The position numbers were made by a program, and so were the translations under genes. Below, piece by piece: positions 48,798-58,263 of a DNA stretch of 64,000 nt. The stretch's first letter is position 1. Each line of letters starts with the position of its first letter. Origin of the DNA: an uncultured Actinomycetes bacterium (GTDB lineage Bacteria; Actinomycetota; UBA4738; HRBIN12); NCBI GenBank assembly GCA_963778545.1, contig CAVZUW010000003.1:26365-90364 (forward strand), given 5' to 3'. The notes beneath the pieces were generated by a model. The model was not told the origin of the DNA and searched no databases. It saw only the letters and a list, made by a program, of their open reading frames with translations.

Positions 48798-49738
48798 AGC
48801 CGATCCCCCGGCGCGGTCCGTCGATGGGCGTCGTCGAGAGCGCGTTCGGCGGCGACGCACGAGCCGTAGCGCGACAGCATCGAGCGGCTGCGCCAACCGG
48901 CGAGGGCCATCAGGTTCTCGCCCTCGACGCCGTCGGCCATCCTGTCGTGGGCGAAGGTGTGGCGGAACCGGTGCAGGTTGATGCGCTCGTCGATCCCGGC
49001 GTCCCTGGCCCGCTTGCGGACGATCTGGGCGATGCCGTTGTCGGTGAGCGGTCCCGCGAGACCGAGCCACAGGTTCGGCAAGTGCGCAGCGCGGTGTCCG
49101 GCGCGGGCGCGCAGGTAGCGGTCGAGCGCCTGGGCGCACTTGTGGCCGAAGGCGACGGTGCGGATGCGCCGACCCTTGCCGGTCACGGTGGCCTGTCGGA
49201 GCCGGAGGTCGATGTCGTCCGTGGACAGGTTCGTCAGCTCGGCACGCCGGCAGCCGGTGTCCACGAACATGCGGATGATCGCCAGGTCTCGCCGGTCGGC
49301 GAAGGCCGTCCCCGAACACGCCTTGATGAGCGCGGCGAGCTGGTCGTCGGCGATCACCGGGACGGGCTGCTCGGGGACGATCGGCGGGTGCATGTTCACC
49401 ATCGGGGAGACGCTGATCTCGCCGTCGGAGACGGCCCACCGGAAGAACTGTTGGAGCCCCCGATAGCGGATGTGCACCGAGGTCGGACTCACGCGCTTGA
49501 GCTCGGCGGCAACGAACGCCTCGACGTGTTCCCGCGTGATCGCGTCCACGCGGGTCGGCATACCGGAGCGCTCGAGGAACGCGGCGAACAACTCGACGGC
49601 GTCTAAGTAGGTGCTCGTTGTACGGGGCGACAGGTTGCGCGCCGCGAGCGCGATCTCGAACGACTGCGCGAGCCGACGGACGTCACCGAGGTCGGATGCG
49701 TCACGCCGGCGTGACGCCTTGGCGGTCCTGGTCCCCAT
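48794..49738 (-). CDS. Tyrosine-type site-specific integrase/recombinase
   Basis: 314 aa. N-terminal SAM-like domain. C-terminal catalytic motifs R...(HRFRHTFAHD)...RY with ...LSRYG. Located 95 nt from the tRNA-Arg 3' end. Confidence 0.9.
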   Translation of the reverse strand: MGTRTAKASRRRDASDLGDVRRLAQSFEIALAARNLSPRTTSTYLDAVELFAAFLERSGMPTRVDAITREHVEAFVAAELKRVSPTSVHIRYRGLQQFFRWAVSDGEISVSPMVNMHPPIVPEQPVPVIADDQLAALIKACSGTAFADRRDLAIIRMFVDTGCRRAELTNLSTDDIDLRLRQATVTGKGRRIRTVAFGHKCAQALDRYLRARAGHRAAHLPNLWLGLAGPLTDNGIAQIVRKRARDAGIDERINLHRFRHTFAHDRMADGVEGENLMALAGWRSRSMLSRYGSCVAAERALDDAHRRTAPGDRL

Positions 49739-49833
49739 ATCCTCCTGCCTGTCCAGTTAGCGGCTCACTATGCGGTGTGCATGAGGTGAGCGTCAATCGA
49801 GGGAGGCTGGATATGACCTCTGACCTGGGGTTG

Positions 49834-49908
49834 TGCGCCGGGGAGGACTCGAACCTCCGACCCGCTGCTTAGAAGGCAGCCGCTCTGTCCAGACTGAGCT
49901 ACCGGCGC
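49834..49908 (-). tRNA. tRNA-Arg (anticodon TCT)
   Basis: 75-nt cloverleaf read on the minus strand: GCGCCGG-TA-GCTC/AGTCTGGACA/GAGC-G-GCTGC/CTTCTAA/GCAGC-GGGTC-GGAGG/TTCGAGT/CCTCC-CCGGCGC-A. Confidence 0.9.
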
Positions 49909-50009
49909 GTCATGAGCGTGTGCCCGAGGGACCCTATCGGGCCGCGTCCTCGGATGCGACTCTCGATCCGGTGAGGGCACGAGGCGAGATCGCAGAACGG
50001 TTCGCCGAC

Positions 50010-50489
50010 ATGGCTCAGAGTGTAGGTGACGGGAGGTGCCTGCGGAGGACCTCCGTCGAGTTGGGAGCGAGGGACGAGAAGGTGTCGAGATGGGAATCGC
50101 CGCTCATCGACGTCATCCTGTGGGCGTTCGCGCTCGTGGCGACCGGGGTCACCATGTGGTATTCGCTGGGACCCCGACCTCCTGGCCACGGTTCCGACAA
50201 GGACCTTCACGCGGTTGCCTACTTCGTGAACACCCTCGCGGTCCTGCTCGCCTTGGTCTGGCGGCCGGGCCGGGCGCCGCGTCGATACGACGGGTGGGCG
50301 CTGCCGGTCGCGCTCGGGATCCTGATGCTCGGCGGGGTGATCGAGATCGCGCAGGCGGGGTTCGCCGACCGAGATGCGCAGTTCGGCGATTGGATCGCGG
50401 ATGCGGTCGGCGTCGTGCTCGCCCTCTGGGTGTTCACCGTGATGCGCTGGGTGTCGGATCGGCGACGACGCGAGCATCCGACCCCGTGA
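50010..50489 (+). CDS. VanZ-like family membrane protein
   Basis: ORF 49833-50489, but its first 59 codons overlap the tRNA. ATG 50010 (or GTG ~50081). VanZ-type helices HAVAYFVNTLAVLLALVW...GGVIEIAQ. Confidence 0.65.
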   Translation: MAQSVGDGRCLRRTSVELGARDEKVSRWESPLIDVILWAFALVATGVTMWYSLGPRPPGHGSDKDLHAVAYFVNTLAVLLALVWRPGRAPRRYDGWALPVALGILMLGGVIEIAQAGFADRDAQFGDWIADAVGVVLALWVFTVMRWVSDRRRREHPTP

Positions 50490-50558
50490 AGGTCCGCATC
50501 CGGAGCGGCATGGACGTCTTCGGGGCGGGACGACGTACCCGGCGTCAGCAGAGGATGC

Positions 50559-50726
50559 TCACGCCACCGGGCCGATCAACAGCCCCAGGACGATCAACAC
50601 GATGCCGTGGATCGCGCCTCCTCGGATCAGGGTGATGACCCCGGCGATCACCAGGAGCCCCGCGACGACCCACAAGATGGTGGACACCGCGCCTCCGCAT
50701 CCCCCCGCTGCTATCAGAAGGTTCAT
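50559..50726 (-). CDS. Putative 55-aa hydrophobic membrane peptide (not in the ORF track)
   Basis: Manual reverse translation gives MNLLIAAGGCGGAVSTILWVVAGLLVIAGVITLIRGGAIHGIVLIVLGLLIGPVA*. Two predicted TM helices. Confidence 0.35.
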   Translation of the reverse strand: MNLLIAAGGCGGAVSTILWVVAGLLVIAGVITLIRGGAIHGIVLIVLGLLIGPVA

Positions 50727-50951
50727 CCTGTCTCCCTTTCGCGACGGCAGTCGAACGTGCGTCCGACATCCTGCCTCACGACGAGCGGCCGCACCACCGT
50801 GATCGTCCGCTCGGACCGTGCGCTCGGACCGTGCGCTCGGCTCAACCCCTCGGAAGACCTCGATCCGGGCGGCACGTCTCGTCCGTTCTCCGACCGCCCC
50901 TGCCCAGATCCGGCGAACCCACCGACCGAGGAGAGAGGCCTGCGGGGCCGA

Positions 50952-52452
50952 TCAGAACATGACCGACGCCGTGTTGGAGCAGACGGTCGTGTTGTACTCG
51001 CAGACCTTGTAGACGATCGTCCCGCCGTTGGTCATGACCACGTCCGTGAACGTGCCCGTGTTGGCCGCCGCCCCGAAGTTCACGCCGTCGCGGTACAGCG
51101 ACAGGTACTGCGACGTCGCGCCCGTCCACGTGAGTGTCACGAGCTTCACGGTCGCGAAGAACGTCTGCCCGCTCGCGGTCAGCGTGAACGTCCCCGGTTC
51201 GGGCGGTGGAGGCGGTGGAGGCGGTGGAGGCGGCGGAGGTGGCGGGGGCGGCGGGGGTGACGCCGTGAAGCCCGAGAACAGCAGGCGGTTCGGCGAGCCA
51301 GAGCCGGGGCTCTTCACGACCCCCTGCGTCGCGCTCGAGGTGATCGTCGAGGCGACCTGGGCGGGGGTGGCGGTCGGGTTCGTCTCGAGGTAGGTGGCGA
51401 CCACGCCCGCGACGTGTGGCGTCGCCATCGACGTGCCGCTGATCGTGTTCGTGGCGGTGTCGCCCGAGCCCCATGCGGAGGTGATGTTCACGCCCGGCGC
51501 GAACACGTCCACGCAGGTACCGATGTTCGCCCACGACGCCTTCGTGTCGGTCGAATCGACGGCGCTCGACGGTGAGCGCCGCCGCGACCCTGGCCGGCGA
51601 GCTGTTGCACGCGTTCGCGGCGAACCCGAAGATGTTGCCGTTCCCGGCGGCGATCGCGTACGTCACACCGTCGCTGATCGACCTCGAGACGGCCTGGTCC
51701 ATCGCCGTCGACGCCGAGCCGCCCAGGCTCATGTTCGCGACGGCGGGCTCGCCGGGGTCGTGGTCCTGGGTCACCCAGTCGATGCCCGCGACGACCTGGG
51801 ACGTGCTGCCCGAACCCTGGCAGTTCAGGACCCGGACGGCGACGAGGTTCACCTGCTTGGCGACGCCGTACGTCGAACCGCCGATCGTCCCGGCGACGTG
51901 CGTGCCGTGGCCGTGGCAGTCATCGGCGCTCCCGCCGTCGATCGCGTCGAACCCGCTCGTCGCGCGCCCGCCGAACTCCTGGTGCGAGAACCGGATCCCG
52001 GTGTCGATCACGTACGCGGTCACGCCGCTCCCGGTCGCCGTGTACGTGTACGCGTTGTCGACCGGCAGCGAACGCTGGTCGATACGGTCGAGGCCCCAGG
52101 TCGCCGGCGTCTGCGTCTGGGACAGGCGCACCACCGCGTCCTGCTCGACGTACGCGACGCGTGGGTCGCGACTCGTCCGGAGCGCCTGCGCCCGAGACAT
52201 GTCGGCGACGAACCCGTTCAACGCGGACGAGAACACGCGCTGCACGCTGGCTCCGTACGCACGCTGCATACCGGTCGCGACGAACCCGGGTGCCCGAGGT
52301 ACCGGGGATCGCAGCACGACGATGTAGCGGCCGGGGATCGCGTGACGGTGGAGGATCAAGCGGCCGGGACGGGCTGACGCCGGTCCGGCTCCCCACACCA
52401 GCAGGCCCGCGATCAGGGACAGGACGGTGAAGGTTCGGAGATGGCGACGCAT
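50952..52452 (-). CDS. Secreted subtilisin-like serine protease (S8) with a poly-Pro linker and C-terminal beta-domain; +1 frameshift near 51553-51570
   Basis: Signal peptide. Catalytic D (VIDTGI), H (HGHGTHVAG) in ORF 50842-52452. The S-containing segment GTSMATPHVAG is in ORF 50952-51512. The shift-restored junction reads ...[31 protein letters not shown]. 20x Pro linker. Confidence 0.85.
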
Positions 52453-52632
52453 CGCTCAGACCCCCTCAGGTCATAGGACGTCCATGTGCGACTCTGGGGC
52501 GATTCTGTGCGCCCGCCCGCCGGCGCCGCATCGGCCGAAGGGCTACGGCTCGAGCACGACGGGGTCCGAACGGCCACACCCGGAGAGGGGACGGCCCCCG
52601 CCTCGGCGGTCCTCGGGCGTAGCATCCGAACC

Positions 52633-53037
52633 ATGCCGGCGAAACGCAAACCCGCCGCGTCGAAACCGAAGACGACCAAGCCCACGAAGAGCCCGAAGAT
52701 GCCGACCGCCGGGCCGAAGACGGTCCGGCGCTTCGACGAGCTCGCCGAGACCTTCGTCGCGCGGGGCGCGACCCGTTCGCAGATGTTCGGGATGCCGGTG
52801 CTCAAGGCGGGGGACAAGGTGTTCGCCGGGACGTTCGGCGACGCGATGACGTTCAAGCTGGGGCCCGACGATCTCGAGAAGGCCCGATCGCTGACGGGCG
52901 TCGAGGCGTTCGAGCCGATGAAGGGCCGCCCGATGAAGGAGTGGGTGCTGGTCCCGCTCGCGCAGGCGAAGCGCTGGTCCGATCTCGCGGAGCGAGCGTT
53001 CGAGTACCTCTCAGGGACTCGACGTCCGCGGATCTAG
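52633..53037 (+). CDS. MmcQ/YjbR-like small protein with a Lys/Pro-rich N-terminal tail
   Basis: ATG 52633. KPAASKPKTTKPTKSPK tail, then MFGMPVLKAGDKVFAGTFGDAMTFKLG...MKEWVLVP, a YjbR/MmcQ-like pattern. Confidence 0.5.
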   Translation: MPAKRKPAASKPKTTKPTKSPKMPTAGPKTVRRFDELAETFVARGATRSQMFGMPVLKAGDKVFAGTFGDAMTFKLGPDDLEKARSLTGVEAFEPMKGRPMKEWVLVPLAQAKRWSDLAERAFEYLSGTRRPRI

Positions 53038-53640
53038 CCGGCGTCGAGCCGCGCGGCCAGCGACGTCGCGGCCGCGCTCGGTGAGCCCGCTCGCCACGAC
53101 CACGTCTCCGCTCGTGATCGGCGCCTGCACGGTGGGTGCGGACACGATCCGCCCGTCGACGAGGATCGCGATCCGCGAACCCATGGCGGTCTCGGTGGCG
53201 GTCTGGAGGGCGGCGGTCCCGTCGGCCGTCAGGTTGACCGAGATCGACCAACCGGTGCTCGGCGGCGCATCCGGTGCGGCCCCCGCGTTCTCGATATCGC
53301 TTGCGTCCACGAAGCCCGGGCCGAGCACGTACTTGTCCCCCGCAGGTCCGAGCAGGACGATGCGCGGCGCGTCCAGGGCGGCTCCGACGCAGTCTCGGAG
53401 CCCTTCGCCTCGAACCGCGCACGTGAGCTCGGTCTGGTCCCAGGCGGCCGCGGATCTCGGCACGACCTCGATCACGGGACGCAGCTGGAACGCTCCGCCG
53501 TCCGAGGCGACCGTCGAACCCGACGGCGGCGGTGTGTCCTGGGTGGAGCTGCACGCCGAGGCGATCACGAGCGCGAGGAGCCACAAGGCCAACCGACGAT
53601 CTCGTTGGGTTCCGGTCGCTCCGCCCGCGCGCCGAACCAT
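53011..53640 (-). CDS. Lipoprotein with a SecD/SecF-P1-like periplasmic domain. C-terminus uncertain
   Basis: Lipobox LVIASAC. ...AILVDGRIVSAPTVQAPITSGDVVVASGLTE resembles the SecD head-domain signature. Confidence 0.5.
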   Translation of the reverse strand: MVRRAGGATGTQRDRRLALWLLALVIASACSSTQDTPPPSGSTVASDGGAFQLRPVIEVVPRSAAAWDQTELTCAVRGEGLRDCVGAALDAPRIVLLGPAGDKYVLGPGFVDASDIENAGAAPDAPPSTGWSISVNLTADGTAALQTATETAMGSRIAILVDGRIVSAPTVQAPITSGDVVVASGLTERGRDVAGRAARRRLDPRTSSP

Positions 53641-53657
53641 CGCGCGAGGTCCGAGAC

Positions 53658-54077
53658 CTACAGGGGCGGCGAGTCGAGGATCTTCCGGGTGCGCTTGGCC
53701 ATACCCTCGAGCAGGCGGATCGCGAGGTCGGGCTCCTTGCGCAGGAGCTTGCGGAACTCCGACCGTTCGATCCTCACGGTCTCGAGCGGCGTCTCGGCGA
53801 CGACGGTCCGACTCCGGGAGTCGCCGTCCAGCAGCGAGAGCTCGCCGAAGAACTCGCCGCGTCCGAGCTCGGCCTCCTTCTTCCCGCCCGGCGTCGTGCC
53901 GGCGACCACCTTCGCCTTGCCGTTCGTGATCACGTAGAACGCCTTACCCGGGTCGCCCGCCTTCACGATCACCTGCCCCTCGCGGTAGATGCGCTCCTCC
54001 GACAGCGAGGCGACCCGCGAGAGGTCCATGCGCGTGCAGCCCTCGAACAGCGGGACCCGCCCGAGGAGGTTGACCAT
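53658..54077 (-). CDS. Cyclic-nucleotide-binding domain protein (stand-alone cNMP-binding/Crp-like sensor domain)
   Basis: ATG at codon 20 of ORF 53658-54134 (MVNLLGRVPLFEGC...). GEFFGELSLLDGDSRSRTVVA cNMP-binding signature. Confidence 0.7.
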   Translation of the reverse strand: MVNLLGRVPLFEGCTRMDLSRVASLSEERIYREGQVIVKAGDPGKAFYVITNGKAKVVAGTTPGGKKEAELGRGEFFGELSLLDGDSRSRTVVAETPLETVRIERSEFRKLLRKEPDLAIRLLEGMAKRTRKILDSPPL

Positions 54078-54178
54078 GGGGCGGCGCGCACTTGCCATGC
54101 CAGGCATGGTCGCAGCCGTCGGCCCGGGGCGCAAACGGCGACCGTCGGGGTTCGGAACCGCGACGCTAGGATGGCGCG

Positions 54179-55738
54179 ATGGCGCGGACCGTCTCCTCGT
54201 TGATCGCGGGCCGAGCGCGCGAGGACGCCCCCGGCGGCACGCAGGACGTCCCGAACCCCGCCCGGCTCGACGAGATCGTCGCCACCGTCGGCCTGGCCGA
54301 CGCCACGACCTTCGTCGAGGCCTGCGCGGCGGCTCGGAGCGCGCAGCGAGACTGGGCGCGCGTCCCGGCGCCCGTGCGCGGGCGCGCGATCCAGCAGCTC
54401 GGGCGCCTGGTCGAGGACAACGCCGAGACGCTCGCGCGGATCATGACCCGCGAGATCGGCAAGCCGATCGCGGAGGCGCGCGGTTCGGTCCAGGAGGTCG
54501 TCGACACGTGCAACTTCTTCGTGTCGGAGGGACGGCGGCTCTACGGGATGACCGTCCCGTCCGAGCTCCCGGACAAGCAGCTGTTCACGTTCCGCAACCC
54601 GGTCGGCGTCGCGGCGATCGTCACGGCGGGGAACTTCCCGGTCGCGGTCCCGTCGTGGTACCTGGTCCCGGCGCTCCTGTGCGGCAATGCGGCCGTGTGG
54701 AAGCCGGCCGAGTACGCGCCCGCCACCTCGGAGGCGCTCGCCCAGCTGTTCCTGCATGCCGGCTTCCCCGACGGGGTGTTCAACATGGTGCTCGCCGACG
54801 GGGCCTCGACGTTCGAGGGGCTCTCGCAGGCGCTCGAGGCGGGGCTGGTCGACAAGGTCGGGTTCACGGGTTCGAGCGAGGTGGGGCGGCGGCTCGGCGA
54901 GCTCTGCGGGCGCCACCTGCAGACGCCGTGTCTGGAGCTCGGCGGCAAGAACCCGCTCGTCGTGATGCCCGACGCCGACCTCGAGCTCGCCGTCGAGGGC
55001 GCCCTGTTCAGCGGGTTCGGCACGGCGGGGCAGCGGTGCACCTCGCTGGGCACGGTGATCGTGCACGAGGGCGTGCACGACGAGTTCCTCGATCGCTACG
55101 CCGAGGCCGTCGAGACCGCGCCGATCGGCGATCCGTTCGAGGACGTGCTGTATGGGCCGATGATCTCGTCGCGCTTCTGCGAACGCTTCCTCGGGTGGCT
55201 CGACTGGGTGCAGCCGCACCACACGCTCCGCGGCTCGACCGGCAAGGGCAGGATCACGCCCGACAGCCCTCGCGAGGGGTTCGTCGGTGACCCCGATGGG
55301 GGTCTGTTCGTGCACCCGACGATCGTCGACGGCGTCACGATGGACGACGACCTCTACAAGCAGGAGACGTTCGGGCCGATCGTGGGGGTGGCGTCGTTCG
55401 GCGACTTCGACGAGGCGATGGCGCTCGCGAACGGCCACGGCTACGGACTGTCGGCCTCGATCTACACGACGGACCCGCTCAACGTGTTCCGGTTCCGCGA
55501 GCGCATCTCTGCGGGCATGGTGAGCGTGAACAACTCGACGACCGGCGCCGAGGCCCACCTGCCGTTCGGGGGCAACGGGCGGAGCGGCAACGGGGCGCGG
55601 CAGTCCGGCGTGTGGGTGCTGGATCAGTTCACGCGCTGGCAGGCGATGAACTGGGACTACTCGGGCAAGCTGCAGAAGGCCCAGATGGACGTCGCGGACG
55701 TCTCGGCCGACCCGTCGTTCCGGCTGACCGAGCCGTGA
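54179..55738 (+). CDS. Aldehyde dehydrogenase family protein
   Basis: 519 aa. ELGGKNP and catalytic Cys GQRCTS motifs. Confidence 0.85.
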   Translation: MARTVSSLIAGRAREDAPGGTQDVPNPARLDEIVATVGLADATTFVEACAAARSAQRDWARVPAPVRGRAIQQLGRLVEDNAETLARIMTREIGKPIAEARGSVQEVVDTCNFFVSEGRRLYGMTVPSELPDKQLFTFRNPVGVAAIVTAGNFPVAVPSWYLVPALLCGNAAVWKPAEYAPATSEALAQLFLHAGFPDGVFNMVLADGASTFEGLSQALEAGLVDKVGFTGSSEVGRRLGELCGRHLQTPCLELGGKNPLVVMPDADLELAVEGALFSGFGTAGQRCTSLGTVIVHEGVHDEFLDRYAEAVETAPIGDPFEDVLYGPMISSRFCERFLGWLDWVQPHHTLRGSTGKGRITPDSPREGFVGDPDGGLFVHPTIVDGVTMDDDLYKQETFGPIVGVASFGDFDEAMALANGHGYGLSASIYTTDPLNVFRFRERISAGMVSVNNSTTGAEAHLPFGGNGRSGNGARQSGVWVLDQFTRWQAMNWDYSGKLQKAQMDVADVSADPSFRLTEP

Positions 55739-56964
55739 GCGACGACCTGACGCGCATCCGCGCCGGGTGGCTGGTCGACGTCGTCGCCGGCGAGGTGCTC
55801 CGAGATCGGGTCATCAACGTCCGCGGCGACCGCATCGAATCGGTCGGCGACGACGACGGCACGCCGGTCGAACTCGATCTAGCCCACCACACGGTGCTCC
55901 CGGGGCTGATCGATTGCCATGCCCACCTGATCGGCGAGATCGAGGGCGGGCACGGGTACGCGGCGCTCGTGCAGCGGACCGGGGCGCAGGAGGCGCTCAC
56001 GGGCGTTCGGAACGCGCGCGACACGGTGCTGGCCGGGTTCACGAGCGTCCGCGACGTCGGGACCTTCCGGGCGTTCGTGGACGTGGCGCTGCGCGACGCG
56101 ATCGAGGCGGGCGATGTGGTCGGACCGCGGATGCTCTGCGCGGGCGCCTACGTGACGAGCTCCGGCGGCGGCGGCGACGTGACCGGTCTCGCGCCCGACG
56201 TCGACGCCGTGATCCCGCGCGAGCTCCGGTTCGGCGTCGCGAACTCGGTCGACGAGGTACGCCGGGTGGTGCGCGAGATCCTCCACGGCGGCGCCGACTT
56301 CATCAAGGTCATCGCGACCGGCGCGGTCCTGACCGAGGGCACCGTCCCGTCGGCGCCCGAGTTCAGCGAGGCCGAGATCCGGGCGGCGGTCGAGGAGGCC
56401 GCGCTGTACGAGACCCACGTCGCCGCCCACGCGCACGGCGCCGAGGGCATCAAGCGGGCGGTCCGCGCCGGCGTGCGTTCGATCGAGCACGGCTCGCTGA
56501 TGGACGACGAGTCGATCGCGCTGATGGCCGAGCACGGCACCTACCTGGTCGCGGACGTGTGGATGGGGGACTGGACGATCGAGCAGGGCGAACGCGAGGG
56601 CTGGTCGCCGAACGTGATGCGCAAGCTGCGCGAAACCACCGACGTGCAGCGCGAGGGGTTCGCCAAGGCCGTCGAGGCGGGGGTCCGGATCGCGTTCGGG
56701 ACCGACAGCGGGACCTACCCGCACGGGATGAACGCGCACCAGTTCACGACGATGGTCAAGCTCGGGATGACCCCGATCGAAGCGATCAGCTCGGCCACCG
56801 TGGTCGCCGCCGAGCTCCTCGGGTGGCGAGATCGGGTGGGCGCGATCGAGCCAGGGCTGTTGGCCGACCTCGTCGCCGTTCGGGGCGACGTGATGAGCGA
56901 CGTCGGGCTGCTGACCGATGTCGACGTCGTGATGAAGGGTGGAAGGATCCTCACGGCGGGCTGA
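55735..56964 (+). CDS. Metal-dependent amidohydrolase family protein
   Basis: GTG 55735 overlaps the ALDH stop (GTGA). HxH metal motif (IDCHAHL), HAHGAEG and the distal Asp (FGTDSG). Confidence 0.8.
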   Translation: MSDDLTRIRAGWLVDVVAGEVLRDRVINVRGDRIESVGDDDGTPVELDLAHHTVLPGLIDCHAHLIGEIEGGHGYAALVQRTGAQEALTGVRNARDTVLAGFTSVRDVGTFRAFVDVALRDAIEAGDVVGPRMLCAGAYVTSSGGGGDVTGLAPDVDAVIPRELRFGVANSVDEVRRVVREILHGGADFIKVIATGAVLTEGTVPSAPEFSEAEIRAAVEEAALYETHVAAHAHGAEGIKRAVRAGVRSIEHGSLMDDESIALMAEHGTYLVADVWMGDWTIEQGEREGWSPNVMRKLRETTDVQREGFAKAVEAGVRIAFGTDSGTYPHGMNAHQFTTMVKLGMTPIEAISSATVVAAELLGWRDRVGAIEPGLLADLVAVRGDVMSDVGLLTDVDVVMKGGRILTAG

Positions 56965-57044
56965 GCCGGTTTTCCTCAGGTCGGGGTCCCGGGTACGCTG
57001 TCGAGCCTGTCGCCGGCTACGCGGAACACGGAAGGAGCGCGCCG

Positions 57045-57558
57045 ATGAAGACCTGTCCGTACTGTGCCGAGGAGATCAAGGACGCGGCGATCAAGTGCCG
57101 CTGGTGCGGATCGTGGCTCGTCGATGAGATCCCGGCTTCGGCGGAGACGCCGCCCGAGAAGTCCGAGGCAGCGGAGGCGGAAGAGCCCAAGGTCGAGGAG
57201 AAGGCCGTCGCCCCTCCGCAGGCCACGATGATGGCGCCGGTCCCCGCCGCCCAGCCCAGGGTCGAAGCCGCTGCCGCTGCGCAGGCGCCTGCCGCGGCGA
57301 CCGCCGAGCCCGCGGCCGAGCCCAGGCGAGCCCGGCGGCAGGCCCCGCCCCGAAGCCAAGATCGAGTTCACGCACACGGGTTCGCGCTACCTGCTCGGGT
57401 ACGCGCCGGATCACTTCGGGATCTGGGATCGGAACACGCCGCAACAGCCCGTCGAGACCTTCCCGCGCAACGACGACGGTTGGGCCGCGGCATGGGCTCG
57501 CTACGCTTCCATCGAGACGAGCTGGATGGATCTGCGGACCGGTCAGAAATCCGGCTAG
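57045..57558 (+). CDS. Zinc-ribbon protein (paralogue of the 30481-31353 N-terminus): ribbon + Ala/Pro/Glu linker + conserved C-terminal domain; +1 frameshift inside the linker (~57310-57350)
   Basis: GGAAGGAG RBS, then [25 protein letters not shown]. After the shift the frame reads ...PEAKIEFTHTGSRYLLGYAPDHFGIWDRNTPQQPVETFPRNDDGWAAAWARYASIETSWMDLRTGQKSG*. Confidence 0.6.
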
Positions 57559-57574
57559 GGCCGTGTGGCCTGCG

Positions 57575-57611
57575 TCGAGCGGGCGCCGGGACTCGAACCC
57601 GCACCACGAGC
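57575..57611 (-). other. Degenerate partial copy of the tRNA-Gly 3' portion (34/37 identities). Putative relic attachment site
   Basis: TCGAGCGGGCGcCGGGAcTCGAACCCGCACCACgAGC against tRNA-Gly TCGAGCGGGCGaCGGGAaTCGAACCCGCACCACcAGC (58168-58204), same orientation. Confidence 0.4.
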
Positions 57612-57747
57612 GCTGTGGGCTGATCCTCTCGTCCCGCCGACCTGCGCAGATGCGCGGCGAAGGGCACGTCCCAGGCCGGGACGGATTTGCAGGTGGAGGT
57701 TTCTCTCCCCTATCGTTCGAGGCCGCTGCCACTGGGAGGGGGGAGCC

Positions 57748-58119
57748 ATGCTTCGCAAGTCGATCCTCGTTCTGGCCCTGACGCTCGTGGTGTTCGTCAC
57801 GGGTGCCGGACCGGCACAGGCCGGTGGTTGGGATCTGATCAGCGACCGGAACGGTCACGGTCGGGTGACCCTTCGCGCATGGACCCGCAACTATCCCCAG
57901 GTCGCGTTCACGGCCAACCACGCCGGAACGAGGATCAGCGTCGATATCACGGTCGACTGTGCGGACGGCTATCACTTCGACGACACCTGGACCGACGGAG
58001 GTCGGAGGTTCGTCTTCAGGCTCCGCGGGCTGGCTGACAACGGCCGCTGCAACCACACGTTCCGGGTTCGGGCGAACGATTCGTTCCCGAGGTTAGAGCT
58101 GGCGGTCTGGGCGCGATAG
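57748..58119 (+). CDS. Small secreted protein, hypothetical
   Basis: ATG after a GGGAGGGGGGA RBS. Signal peptide MLRKSILVLALTLVVFVTGAGPAQA. Two Cys (CADG...CNH). 123 aa. Confidence 0.55.
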   Translation: MLRKSILVLALTLVVFVTGAGPAQAGGWDLISDRNGHGRVTLRAWTRNYPQVAFTANHAGTRISVDITVDCADGYHFDDTWTDGGRRFVFRLRGLADNGRCNHTFRVRANDSFPRLELAVWAR

Positions 58120-58170
58120 GGATCCCCTAACCGGTCAGGCCTGGACGCCTGAACGGTCTTTGACCGGTCG

Positions 58171-58241
<71 letters not shown>

Positions 58242-58263
58242 GGGTCGGCCAAGCCTAGCAAGC

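Larger units (their letters stand above)
38798..49908. mobile_element. ~11.1-kb integrative element at tRNA-Arg(TCT): integrase, primase, HNH, TerS, TerL and cargo; no virion structural genes recognised (phage-satellite-like or prophage remnant)
   Basis: tRNA 3'-end direct repeats; tyrosine integrase adjacent to the tRNA; replication and packaging genes; one lower-GC sub-region. Confidence 0.7.

Noticed and set aside
48222-49439. 405-aa minus-strand ORF overlapping the integrase
   Set aside because: Out-of-frame overlap with the well-supported integrase. Only the ~80 codons downstream of the integrase stop look protein-like (reported as a tentative small Cys-rich protein).
49833-50009. First 59 codons of ORF 49833-50489
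   Set aside because: They overlap tRNA-Arg on the opposite strand. The VanZ-like protein begins at ATG 50010 or later.
51181-51250. G-rich (GGN)n tract considered as a microsatellite or non-coding repeat
   Set aside because: It is the coding strand complement of a poly-proline linker inside the S8 protease gene.
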